A DNA stretch of 64,000 nt from Amoebophrya sp. A120 (GCA_905178155.1 CAJINV010000001.1:11763832-11827831), one strand, 5' to 3'. Counted from the first letter of the stretch, positions 21,152 through 31,431 are shown. Notes: generated by a model from the sequence alone, not told the origin. Translations and numbers: made by a program.

Positions 21152-24100
21152 TCATCCAGGGCGCCCGCGCCAACTATACGTAGTCGCGATCTGCAACTCT
21201 TCAGGCCCGGCGCGGCTATCAAGGGGGTCGGGGCCGTCCACTTCATCGTCGAACCATTGCGAAAATGGGTCACATCCACCCCGCGCTACTGCTTTCCGGA
21301 TTGCTTCTGGATGCAGAACTAGCTTCTTGAAGAAAATCGCGGCGCAGGTGAACGCTCGGCTCGGCCGGGCACTCGACTTGCTGGCGGTGGAGATTATCCA
21401 GTCTCCTCCTGCGTCGATGTTCACGTGCATTTTTTTGAAATTGGAGCCGCTGTCGATCTTCGGAAAAAGCTTGTCGACTAGCGCGACGGGGCCGCTCGCG
21501 TAGTCTTCCTCCACCGCCCCCCTCTTCCGTAGGAGCGTCTCGGCCCTTTCCAGGAAAACGCCACACGATTTTGCGTCGGAGTTGTATAGCCTCAAGGCGC
21601 AGCACCAGCTCCGGAACTCCCCACCCTGCGGCAGGTACACGAAGAACTGCTGCACGCGCGAATAGAACAATCTAAAAGCTCCTAAATTCTCGCCCTCGAG
21701 ATCCGGCGGAAAAGCTTTCGTGCTCCGCTCGCTCAGATCGGCTCGCACTTCCTGCAGGTCCGCCGAACCGTCCAGGATTAGGAATGAAGTCATGGGGAGG
21801 CTCTCGGAGGGGCACGAGGACAGAAACCGCACCGCCAGGCTCCGCATCGTAGCAGCGTCGGCCGCTTCGGAGCTGATCGGCAAGAGCGAATTTTTGCCGT
21901 CAAAGGATACCAACGTCCCTTTACGCCCCTGATACCGACTCCGGATTTCCGGATGGTCTTTGAAGGAGGCGGCAGCACTCGGCTCGAAAGAGAGCAGGGC
22001 GGCGCCAGTTTCGAACGGAAATGGCGTCTCCTGTTCTTTCCTTACTCTATCGTCGCTTGTCCGGCCTAAGTCAAGTCTTGGCGCGGTGCGAACTTGGGGA
22101 TCCTCGGCAACCGCTAGTGGGGGAGCTATCGGGGGGATGGCGGTCTTCCTTCTTTTTTTTCCCGGAGAAGTTTGAGGCGGGGGGCTGGGGTTCTTTATCC
22201 CGTTCGTAGACGTGGTCGGGATGCTCCTGCTAGAGGAAGAGGTCGTCGGGGCGGAGCCATCTCCATTCCCGGCCATGAGTCGCGTCCCGTCGCTAATTTG
22301 CTTAGTCACCGGGAGATCGGGGTCGGTGCCTGTCTTTTCCCGCTTTTTTAGCACGCTATCGATCGCCGTGGCGCGGGACTTCTTCAGCTTTCGGATGTCC
22401 CCGGTGAAGTCGATCTGCGTTTTGATTTCTTGCAGCACGGACTCGCGGCTCCCCGACATCTTCTTCTCGAGTTCAATACACAGACTTCGAAGAGCCGCCC
22501 AGTCTTCTGGGTTCTTTTTTGAAATCCAGAACTTCCGTTCCCACTCCGCGTCACTCCCTTTCAACAACCAGCGGACCACTCTCTTGCTATTTTCGGCTCT
22601 CGCCTCTTCAACTCCGGGGTCCGCGGCTGGGGCCGCGGGCTCGTCGGGGAAACCTTTGAGCAGTACGGCCGGGCCTTTCTTGATTGCTGCGCTGGGTTTG
22701 TCGTTGCTTTGCCCCGCGGTTTTCGATTTTTTCGAATCCTTGTCGTTTTCGTCGAGCCTGTGTCTCTTTGCGGCCGCTACCTTCGTATGATTATCCCTAA
22801 ATTTGGCGAGTTGCGCGAGGGTCGTGGCCTTGACAATTCCTGTAGCAGGGTCGCGATTCTGCAGTTTGGTTTTTATGCTCGTCGTTCTTCGAATTAAGTC
22901 CTTTAACGTGCTCTCGAGGTCGGCTTCTTTTCTGGGTCGAAGGAGGAGGGCGTCGGAGTTGCTGGAGGGGCTTCTACCGTCGTCGACTATCTTTAACCCT
23001 TCCGTCTTGCAAAACTTCGCGATTGCATCGTCTGCCGCTTTGGTCAATTCTGATTTGTCCGCCAAGAAGAAAACTTCGCACCTACCGTACACCGGGTCGA
23101 GTTTTTGTTTGTCCCACCGGGCGATCTCGGGACGCTCCTTGGGGGCCTCCTTACGGAATCGTTTATCTTGTGCCATGTACTCTTGCTCGAGGTCGTCCAG
23201 CGCTTTCCTCAGCCTCTCGACTTTCTCTAAATCGTCCTTGTTTGCGGCGGCGTGGCGGCTAAAACTATTTTTGCACCCGTTTACGTACTTTCTCCACTTG
23301 ATTAGCTTCGCGGTCCTCCGCTTCTCGTCGAGCGCGGTGTAGGAAGGGTAGGCCGTAATAATGTTCGGCTTCACATTCAACGCAGCAGCTAGCTTCTTCT
23401 TCCAGACTGCTGCGAAGGAGGCTCTCCCTTCAGGTCCTTTGAATGGACATTCCAAATTCAAAACTAAATTCTTGGCGCCGCGTAGTAATGACGCGGCGTT
23501 CGGCACGTGGTTGGCGATTATCGGCCAAGAATCGACTCCGAAGGAGGTGATGAACTTGGTTATTATTTTCTTCGCGGTTTTTATCTTTTTCTTTTTGCTA
23601 CTGTTTTCCGGCTTCGCGGTGGTATTCAGATCCGGGTCGTCGGGAGTGTCTCCCATAATGGGGGGGTCGTCGGCGGGGGCGCGGCGGCCCGTCGCCGTCA
23701 ATTCTGGACGGCTTATGCTAAACTCGCCTTTGCATTTGTTTTCGCTATCCAGGCTGAGTGAGTGAGCTCGTGGCTCCTCCAAGTCGCCTCCGTCGGGGAT
23801 TTTTTCGGACCAACTGGCGCTCTGGAAAGCCCGTTTTTGGCTCACCACCTTTGGCATCGCGTCGACCACCAAACTCCTGACGTCATCACGACCCAGGATC
23901 TTCAACTGCTCGCAGAGGAGGTTGTTCGCAGGGGCTAGTCTCGCGGTGCCTGGCAAAATTTCGTCAACATGGATCGAGAACTTACTAGTTATCGACCATA
24001 TTTCGACTTGCGCGGCGCAGATAGGGTTGTAGGTCGTTTCGCAGGTAACGGGGGTTGTGTTACAGGGCATCCATATGACCTCATTGACGTGCTGTAGTCG

Positions 24101-27100
24101 AAGCCTGCTTGGTTGCTTCATTTTATCTACTGGCTCGTCGTCGCTGTCGCGGGCGGCCGGCTCCCTCCCGCGCTCTTTTCGCTTCTCCTGCAGAGTGCGG
24201 TCTTTGCTACTACTAGCTGTCAGCTCGTCAACCAACTTTTTCCTGTAATCCCTTACCTCCATCAGTAGTCCTCTTAGCTTTGCGTCCTTTTTCGGCATAA
24301 TATGTATTCTCCACTTGATGACTAAGTACGCGAACGGGGCGTCGTGGTCTTGGAGATTAGTACTGAAAGAATCCAGGTCGAACTCGTCTCCAATCGTGCT
24401 GGCAATATCGTCGAACAAAGGCACCGCATGGGGGGCCGGCGGCGAGGCGTTTTTCTTGGATCCCACTGTGCTGAGCAGGTCGTCGAAGAGCGGCACCTGA
24501 ATCAACGCGCTACCGCTGCTCGGAAGTGCTGTTGTCGACTCCGCGGTCGGCGGCAGGGCGGATGAGGTAGCGGGGTCGTCGAGCGAAGGCGCACCGACCG
24601 GCTTCCTATACGTCATGCCTTTTTTTGAGATTGACATGCTGCTTACCGGGAGTCCAGCGAGAGCTTCGGCTGTCAAATTCGCGACGGACGACTCTTGAAT
24701 GTGCTTTTCACCGTCAGCGGTGGGATGTGCGCTGCGACTTGTCTTGTCTGTTGGAAAATGTTTACCGGAACCCCCGCGGAGAATCACACCCGTTTTTTGC
24801 GAGTCGTCTTGCATGGAGGGCCTCGATGTAATCCTAGCAGAAGTCGGCTTGCAGCTATGCGCTTTGAAAGCGCTTTTCGACGGAAACACCTTGTTACAGA
24901 TCCCGCAACAGTACTCGACCGCCCGGCGTTCCTCGTCGATTATGAGCTTCGCGGTGGCGGGCACTGGAGACATAGATATCTTTGGCGTGGCCGCTGTCGG
25001 TCTCGGCAAAATTGGATCTGGCGCTACTATGTTCTCCGACTCCGACGAATAATCCACAAATCTGCAACTTCCTTTGTTTGAACTGGGCCGCTTTTGAGCG
25101 ACGAAGGGCGATATCGGATCGGAAAAAGAGTCCTTGCTCCATTTGGAACTGATGGCTTGACCGCGCTCCAACGACTCGCCAATCTTTCTTCGCTTCGTTG
25201 ATCGCTCGCTTCGATTGCCAGGCACTTTTGAAATATCGTCGCCGGTCCTGTCGATCAAAATCTCGTCGCGAGAAGGGGGGGCTTTGACTAGATCCGGGAT
25301 CTGGTCTTTTCCAGTAGAGCTTTTCGACGAAGAAGAGGATGGCGAGTCTTCAGACGAAGATGATGGAGGGGGAGGCGGGCGGTCTTTCGCATCGTTCAGC
25401 GAACCCGGATTGCTTTTGTCCCCGACATCCGCTTTCTTCTTATCTTTTTGGCCTCTTTGTTCTTTCTTCTTTTTGTGGTTCGGATCTTCCAGCATGTGGG
25501 CCTTCAGCGAAATGACTTTGTTGAAAAGTCTATCGCAGATGCTACAAACCCAGGCCCACTCGTCATCGTCGAAAAATGACGGGTCGGCGGCGGGGTTTTC
25601 TCGTAACCACCGGAGGGCTTTCGTGTTCTCCTGGTGATTCTCACCTCTTTCGACGTGGAGTTCGAACTCCCTGCGTGAGTCGAACTTCGTGTAGCAGTAG
25701 ATGCACACCAGCGGGCTGTTGATATCTTCGCCCAGGACACGCAGACAGGATTTCTGCGAAAATTCCTCACTCTCGCCTTCCGGGACTAGTTGGCAGAAGG
25801 GTGCTTCGCAACTTCCTGATGGGTCTCGCTTTTTCTTTTCTGTACTATCGCGTCTGGAGGAAGAGGCGGCCGGCGGGTTCGAGCCGGCTTTGCCGCTGGG
25901 CTTTTGTCGTGGTGATGGGTCGGTAGCGGCTACCGCTCTGCCTCCTACTTCGGGCCGTCCTCCGTCACTTGACAACACCGCGGGCAAGGTCCACGACTCG
26001 GTGTCGTGCAGTTTGTCCCAGGACGCCGCGAACGAAAACTGCGGCACATTCGATCGGGCGATTCTCTCTGTCGTCCAAAAACGAAAAGCTTCTTCCAGGG
26101 AGAAACCTGCCGCACACTTCTCTTGAAAGTCAACGGTCCGCGTGGACCTCCACCAGATCACGTGGCGTATGTCCTGGTCAGAGAAATGGAGTATCACTCT
26201 TTTACTCCCTTGGGAAGCCTGCGCAAAGCAAGTAATCTCTTGCTTGAAGCTCTTTCCCCGCTCCGCCAACTGAGCCAGGAACAGTCTCAGTTCGTTTTCG
26301 GTTGCCCTCAGCTTCTTCTCTTTATTGCTCTTGTTCCCGAGAATCCGCGATCTTTGTCGACGAGCTGGCCGTTTTTTCGCATTTGTCGCCAAAAGTTCTC
26401 CCTCCTCGACGAGCTCAATATGTTCGCCGAGAAGAACTGCGTCGCCGATGTTTTTTCCCGACGGGTCGCCCCAAATTTCGGTCGACGTCGCCCCGGACTT
26501 CACGATCGCCCCCTTTGGCGTCCATTCTGTGGCAGAGTGGACCCGCAAAAACTTTCGGCGTTTGATGAGGTGATCCTGCATCTGCCAGTCGTACAAACCA
26601 CCGCCGGGCAGCGTGCTGTGTAGAAACTCTCCGGTCGATTTTTCGATCACGAACTGCGCGCAATCCTGGCCGACTCTATGCACAACTGTTCGGACAGCAG
26701 TGAGGGAGTTCTCGTACTTCAGCGCCTCGATCCAGTTTAGGTTCGAAAGAGGTTTCGGGTCGCATTTCGAGCTCCGTTTCGGTCCCCGTGATTTCGGGTC
26801 GCGTTTCGAGCTCCGTTTCGGTCCACGTGAAGTCGGCAGATGGGAATCGACCTGCTGATCGCGCACTTCGTACTGCTCGGAAAATGGGTCGTCGTCGGTG
26901 TACTTCGCAAACCTAGCGAAGATCGATGTGGACAGTCGCGGGGAAACAACGGCGATGGTCTTCGAAATCCTCCCTCGCTTCTTTCGGGGGATCTTTATGA
27001 ACCCATCAGTCGCCGACGATTCGTTGCAGGTCGAGGCTCCGGTCAATTCGCTGATGGGCATCGCGCTGATCCCCCGCCGCCGGTCGATAATCTTCGGCAC

Positions 27101-27493
27101 GTCGCGTAGCGTCCATTTCTCCGGGTTCGAAATTGTCCTGAAACGTGCTCGCAGTGTTGGACAGAGATTGATGTGGGCGTCGAGGTGTTTCGTGGAGTTA
27201 GTTGTTGTCAACTGCGATGCTACCAAGAGCTTCTTGACTCCGAATTTTCGTTGCTTCGGCGGCGGACTGTTCTTCGTGGTCGTTCCCCCCACCAAAATCT
27301 CCACCTTTTTCTTCAGCAACATGGCCGCCTGCAGAATACCGCTACGCCAGGCCGTGACCGCTAATTCGGGGGGCGGCGGCGGAAGAAAAGGCCCGAAACG
27401 GATTTGGTTATCGTGGAAACTGTCGTCGTAGTGCTGTAGTGAGTTGTACTTGGTAGTCGCCGGCAGCACGGGCGGCAGCTGAGGCACGTACAT
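21152..27493 (-). CDS. Retrotransposon ORF1, 2113 aa, with three C2H2-like zinc fingers
   Basis: Intronless ATG-initiated ORF co-oriented upstream of ORF2. Fingers CIYC-x12-H, CSIC-x12-H and CGIC-x12-H; basic and coiled regions. Confidence 0.8.
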   Translation of the reverse strand: MYVPQLPPVLPATTKYNSLQHYDDSFHDNQIRFGPFLPPPPPELAVTAWRSGILQAAMLLKKKVEILVGGTTTKNSPPPKQRKFGVKKLLVASQLTTTNSTKHLDAHINLCPTLRARFRTISNPEKWTLRDVPKIIDRRRGISAMPISELTGASTCNESSATDGFIKIPRKKRGRISKTIAVVSPRLSTSIFARFAKYTDDDPFSEQYEVRDQQVDSHLPTSRGPKRSSKRDPKSRGPKRSSKCDPKPLSNLNWIEALKYENSLTAVRTVVHRVGQDCAQFVIEKSTGEFLHSTLPGGGLYDWQMQDHLIKRRKFLRVHSATEWTPKGAIVKSGATSTEIWGDPSGKNIGDAVLLGEHIELVEEGELLATNAKKRPARRQRSRILGNKSNKEKKLRATENELRLFLAQLAERGKSFKQEITCFAQASQGSKRVILHFSDQDIRHVIWWRSTRTVDFQEKCAAGFSLEEAFRFWTTERIARSNVPQFSFAASWDKLHDTESWTLPAVLSSDGGRPEVGGRAVAATDPSPRQKPSGKAGSNPPAASSSRRDSTEKKKRDPSGSCEAPFCQLVPEGESEEFSQKSCLRVLGEDINSPLVCIYCYTKFDSRREFELHVERGENHQENTKALRWLRENPAADPSFFDDDEWAWVCSICDRLFNKVISLKAHMLEDPNHKKKKEQRGQKDKKKADVGDKSNPGSLNDAKDRPPPPPSSSSEDSPSSSSSKSSTGKDQIPDLVKAPPSRDEILIDRTGDDISKVPGNRSERSTKRRKIGESLERGQAISSKWSKDSFSDPISPFVAQKRPSSNKGSCRFVDYSSESENIVAPDPILPRPTAATPKISMSPVPATAKLIIDEERRAVEYCCGICNKVFPSKSAFKAHSCKPTSARITSRPSMQDDSQKTGVILRGGSGKHFPTDKTSRSAHPTADGEKHIQESSVANLTAEALAGLPVSSMSISKKGMTYRKPVGAPSLDDPATSSALPPTAESTTALPSSGSALIQVPLFDDLLSTVGSKKNASPPAPHAVPLFDDIASTIGDEFDLDSFSTNLQDHDAPFAYLVIKWRIHIMPKKDAKLRGLLMEVRDYRKKLVDELTASSSKDRTLQEKRKERGREPAARDSDDEPVDKMKQPSRLRLQHVNEVIWMPCNTTPVTCETTYNPICAAQVEIWSITSKFSIHVDEILPGTARLAPANNLLCEQLKILGRDDVRSLVVDAMPKVVSQKRAFQSASWSEKIPDGGDLEEPRAHSLSLDSENKCKGEFSISRPELTATGRRAPADDPPIMGDTPDDPDLNTTAKPENSSKKKKIKTAKKIITKFITSFGVDSWPIIANHVPNAASLLRGAKNLVLNLECPFKGPEGRASFAAVWKKKLAAALNVKPNIITAYPSYTALDEKRRTAKLIKWRKYVNGCKNSFSRHAAANKDDLEKVERLRKALDDLEQEYMAQDKRFRKEAPKERPEIARWDKQKLDPVYGRCEVFFLADKSELTKAADDAIAKFCKTEGLKIVDDGRSPSSNSDALLLRPRKEADLESTLKDLIRRTTSIKTKLQNRDPATGIVKATTLAQLAKFRDNHTKVAAAKRHRLDENDKDSKKSKTAGQSNDKPSAAIKKGPAVLLKGFPDEPAAPAADPGVEEARAENSKRVVRWLLKGSDAEWERKFWISKKNPEDWAALRSLCIELEKKMSGSRESVLQEIKTQIDFTGDIRKLKKSRATAIDSVLKKREKTGTDPDLPVTKQISDGTRLMAGNGDGSAPTTSSSSRSIPTTSTNGIKNPSPPPQTSPGKKRRKTAIPPIAPPLAVAEDPQVRTAPRLDLGRTSDDRVRKEQETPFPFETGAALLSFEPSAAASFKDHPEIRSRYQGRKGTLVSFDGKNSLLPISSEAADAATMRSLAVRFLSSCPSESLPMTSFLILDGSADLQEVRADLSERSTKAFPPDLEGENLGAFRLFYSRVQQFFVYLPQGGEFRSWCCALRLYNSDAKSCGVFLERAETLLRKRGAVEEDYASGPVALVDKLFPKIDSGSNFKKMHVNIDAGGDWIISTASKSSARPSRAFTCAAIFFKKLVLHPEAIRKAVARGGCDPFSQWFDDEVDGPDPLDSRAGPEELQIATTYSWRGRPG
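26753..26830. repeat. 2 x 39-bp tandem repeat inside ORF1 (SRGPKRSSKxDPK)
   Basis: Two adjacent 39-bp units differing at 2 positions. Confidence 0.9.
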
Positions 27494-27980
27494 CCCCGGA
27501 GGTTGGTATGGGTGGTTTTTATTCTCCTAAGGTTTCTACCGGGGTAGATTTTGCAGACTTTGTCCTCTTTAGGGGTTAGTTGTAGGTGTTAATTCTTTCC
27601 TGCTTTGTGTATCTTATTAGCGGTGACAAGATCAAAATGTGGTCATGCAATGAGTTTGGAAAATATGAGGATCAAGAAAGGAAGAAAAAGACAGCAGAAA
27701 AGCCGCTTTGCAGGGTTTGAAACTTTTAGTCGCTCGGGGAGCCGATTACGAAACGAAAAATGCGAAGCGATACCCTCGTTTTTACCTTTTCCGATGCGAT
27801 CGTGTGTCTTTGTTTGTTTTTTGGTGCTAAAGACAAATCTGTTTTGGAGGAGAATAAGGAAACCAAACAAACGACCGAATCCGACGCGTTGTCACTAGCG
27901 GCTGCGTCTAGAATCTGTTGCAGCAACTTGGAAGGCTGAGGGCAGCTCGTGGACACGTCCACCGGCACGCGGGCCACCTC

Positions 27981-30098
27981 CTAGTTGTGACGGCGGCACA
28001 GAAGAAGTACGTTCCTCACCGTCGTCTGCGTTGCCGTTCTGTGGGGGGACCGCGACTGGACTTCGTGTCGAATCACGACCATCTGCCGCTCTCCCGGCCA
28101 TTCCTCGTCAACCTCCCTACTGGGTAGGCGCACGTTGCTCGGTGCACTAAAAGCGGCCGCCGCAGGTGGCTCTCCGGAAATCTGGCGCGACGAACTCACG
28201 CCCAGCGACCGCTCTCTTGTTACTAGCCGCGAGACAACCCGCGATTGCGCGCTGGAAACAACTTGCCTGAGCAGCTCTGACGTTGCCTGCCGCTGCACAC
28301 TTCCAATCTGCGCCGGCACTGGCACGGCGCCGAGATCCGCTTCCGCGAGGGCCAAACTCGCTCCTGCAACTTCCGTAATTTCTTCTTTGTCCACGTCAAA
28401 CCGGATCTCCCGCGGGAGACGCTGCATCCGGTCGTCGATCGTGCGAATAATGACGGCGCCGAACGCAAAGCGAATCCAGACACCTAGCAAAATCACCAGA
28501 ATGCCGACTCCCTGCCACCACGCAAACGACTCGCGAAGGACCAGAACGGCTGCCATGCTCGCCAGCACGCGGTTCAAATTTCCAAAGATCCCCACCGAGT
28601 AACTGCCGCAGCGCTCAATGAGCCGAAACTCGGCGAAGACCCAGAAGAAGCCCATAAGCCCCTCGCCCACGAACAGCCCGATCAGCAACGTCGCGATCCG
28701 TCCCTCCGCCAAAATTTCGTTTCCCCGCTGCAGCGGCTTCCACTGGTGCGTCGCACTGTCGCGCTCGAGGGCGAGCGAAACCGCGAGGTACATGATCGAG
28801 TTGAGGATAGACACTACCCGCAAAATTTCGAGGATGTGCGGCATCGCCACACTTCTCACGGCGCTGGTGTCGCGGGACGATGCGCGACTAGAAGCTGTGA
28901 GTTGCCGAGGAGGGATAGGATTTCTTGTCGTGGCGTCGCCCAACAAAGGTCGTTCCTCGTCTTGTCGGGGGTTGTTCGTCTCCGGCACGCCATCCATCCC
29001 ATCGTTCTCATCCTGCGGGTTGCGTTTGTGCTTGCCTCCTGTCGTTTCGCCTTCGGACTCGGTCTCGGTGTCCGTCTCCGTTATAAAACCATGATCCACA
29101 GATCCCTTTGCCAGAAGTGCTTTCTCGATGTCCGCCTCCTCGATCGGTACAACCTGGCCTACGTTTTCCAGCTCGCGGGAATTTTCCTTTGGAAAGAAAG
29201 ACCGGTACTGCTTTACCACCTTGCTGATGGTTGCAACTTGCTCCTGCTGCTGGGCCCTCTCGTATTGACCGGATATGTTGTCGACGACCACAACCCGCAA
29301 CACGCGAAACAGCGCCGCACCAATCGCCCACTTCACTCCAGACGCATACTTCTCGGTTTGCTCACGGTCCCAGGCGTCCTCGAGCAGAGCACTGTCCGGC
29401 GGAATGGCCGCCAGGATCCCCCCGCACACGATGGGGATGACAGACCCGTAGGCTGCCCAGTTGTAGCCCAGAGCGGGCTGCAACATCGCCCCCACGACGA
29501 GCGTCAACGCTGGCACCGTCATCATAATGGACTCCAAAATTGAAGCGGGCAGCATCATCAGCGCGTACAGCTCCGAAAACCAGGTCAGAAAGTTGAAAAT
29601 CAACAAGGCCGTCAGCAGTCCAACCGGGATGCCGAACAAGGTTCGGGTATCCGCGGTGGACACGTACGATTTGCTGTTTTTGTCCCCCCGTGCTGCGCCA
29701 CTGTCAACACGGTCGCCGGTAATGTTGGTGTAAGCAAGCAGGGCCGACAGGGAAGAGAACACAGTTAGGCCGATGATGTGACTGTGGAATAACGGCACAT
29801 CATACTGGAGCCTGACGGGGGTTAGCCACTCCGTGCCCGGTCTCGTTTCGTACTTGTTGTGCTTGTCCGAGGTGAGAAGTTTGAACGTCAAAATATTGAG
29901 TGCGTAAGCGAGGGCTTGAAACGAAACCTCAGCTACATCCTGCACAAGATTCTCGGTATGAAGTCGTTTTTTCTTCCCGGAGGAACTTCCCTCGGACATG
30001 GACGTCGCCCCCGTCAATTGATGCTTCAAGTCCGCACTGAAGCCCCGCATCAGCGGGGGCGGCGAAGGCGGTTCAGTGTCTCCTACTGGGGCTGCCAT
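27981..30098 (-). CDS. SLC35/DMT membrane transporter (paralog C)
   Basis: 705-aa ORF with YDVPLFHS, LMMLPASILES and EFRLIERCGSYSVGIFGNLNR; homologous to paralogs A and B. Confidence 0.78.
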   Translation of the reverse strand: MAAPVGDTEPPSPPPLMRGFSADLKHQLTGATSMSEGSSSGKKKRLHTENLVQDVAEVSFQALAYALNILTFKLLTSDKHNKYETRPGTEWLTPVRLQYDVPLFHSHIIGLTVFSSLSALLAYTNITGDRVDSGAARGDKNSKSYVSTADTRTLFGIPVGLLTALLIFNFLTWFSELYALMMLPASILESIMMTVPALTLVVGAMLQPALGYNWAAYGSVIPIVCGGILAAIPPDSALLEDAWDREQTEKYASGVKWAIGAALFRVLRVVVVDNISGQYERAQQQEQVATISKVVKQYRSFFPKENSRELENVGQVVPIEEADIEKALLAKGSVDHGFITETDTETESEGETTGGKHKRNPQDENDGMDGVPETNNPRQDEERPLLGDATTRNPIPPRQLTASSRASSRDTSAVRSVAMPHILEILRVVSILNSIMYLAVSLALERDSATHQWKPLQRGNEILAEGRIATLLIGLFVGEGLMGFFWVFAEFRLIERCGSYSVGIFGNLNRVLASMAAVLVLRESFAWWQGVGILVILLGVWIRFAFGAVIIRTIDDRMQRLPREIRFDVDKEEITEVAGASLALAEADLGAVPVPAQIGSVQRQATSELLRQVVSSAQSRVVSRLVTRERSLGVSSSRQISGEPPAAAAFSAPSNVRLPSREVDEEWPGERQMVVIRHEVQSRSPHRTATQTTVRNVLLLCRRHN

Positions 30099-31431
30099 AG
30101 TGAAAACTCCTAGTAGATGAAAAAGTTGTAGAAGTAGAGAAAAATTTTTTTATTTCCTAGTTACTTCGGTCTTGCTTCGCAATGGTCCTATCTCAGTGGT
30201 GAGACAGGGACCGCAGCTCCAGCTAATACTACCGAGATGAGAGCTGCCCTAGTAACAAGGTCTTCAACAAAAAAACCTACTTCATCCGGGACATTGGGTG
30301 CCTCGCACAATCTCCCAGCACGATATGCCAAAGGCACGATAACACCAGCGAGAAACAACGACAACGAAGTACTTAGATTCGGCACGACCACGAATAGAAA
30401 CGAGTGCGCCCCCTGACGGATTCGGATACGACTACGAATACAGCCATCATTCAAGCACAGTCAAGGGCGATATCTTTGGCCTTACAATCGGATCACGACG
30501 GTTTTGGGAAGTCGTCCAACGAAAACTGCACAGAACTCCGCGGAACAAGTAGTCAGGAGAACGGAGTCGAGAAGATGTGACTGCTTCTTCGGTCGTGCTG
30601 GCACTTGAAGTGCTTGTTAAAGTCCCGTTTTTCAGTTCAGCGTTAAACAAGCATCCTAGAGCGTAAGAAAAAAAGTTCGCATTTCAAGAGAAGATAAAGA
30701 ACTGAAAGATAGGTCGTACAGCATTTTTGTAAAATAAAACCGCAGGCTTTTCTTTTTGCGGGAGTAGTAGAAGAGCTTCTCGCGGAAGAGAGTTTTTGAA
30801 ATTCATTTTTTTGCGTAGCACTAGTCACCCGACAGCTAAAAGTTTGAAACAGATCTCAAGTTACTTTAGTGTATCTTTGTTGCTTTGTTGCATTGCAGAT
30901 TCCTGCTCGTCACCTTCGATGTTCCACGAGATACAGATAAACTTAAACCTTAGCTTTTTTTCTGGGGAATAAAAACTCCTGCATTGATCGAAATCTGCTT
31001 CAAGCACTGTGCAAATCTGTGCGTAATGTCAAAAGTCAGACAGCTATCGCGAAAGACGTACATGTAGCAGTACTTCCAATCTGGCCGACCACAGTTGATG
31101 TAAACTTGAAATTGACCTGTTTCTCTGAGAAATTGATCCTGCCTCCGTTTACCTTGAATGGCATGTTGCCGATGACGAAGAACTCTGCATGTACTCTTCG
31201 GCCAACCCTCTAAAGGCATAGAAAAGCAGATCAACTACAACATTTTGTTTCCGACAGTTTATTTTCTGCAAGTGCTGACAAAGTATAAACGTCAAATCAA
31301 TTTTTCGCGTATTCAAAGTAAAAGACTTCAATCGACTTCGTAGATCGACAATTGACCAAAAGAAAATTTTGCGTTTCAAAAAAGCTCCTCGAAGAGTTTT
31401 TTGTTCAAAATCAAATCAAGCAAGTCGCTCC

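Larger units (their letters stand above)
14832..27525 (-). mobile_element. Non-LTR retrotransposon, ~12.7 kb, two ORFs (C2H2 ORF1; APE+RT ORF2)
   Basis: Two long intronless ORFs in an intron-rich region; APE and RT motifs; structured spacer and 3' UTR; flanking direct repeat CCTAAGG at 14825-14831 and 27526-27532. Exact ends are inferred from that repeat. Confidence 0.85.

Noticed and set aside
19927-21183. Overlapping ORFs of 100-300 aa in the retroelement spacer
   Set aside because: They are translations of palindromic and GC-rich sequence, appear on both strands and are not protein-like.
27568-27580. TTTAGGG telomere-like word near the element 5' end
   Set aside because: Single copy; expected by chance.
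27895-28130. Alternative-frame C-terminus of paralog C (ERTSSVPP resembles ERTSVLPT of paralog B)
   Set aside because: The similarity is short and in disordered sequence, and no clear splice or frameshift site could be assigned.
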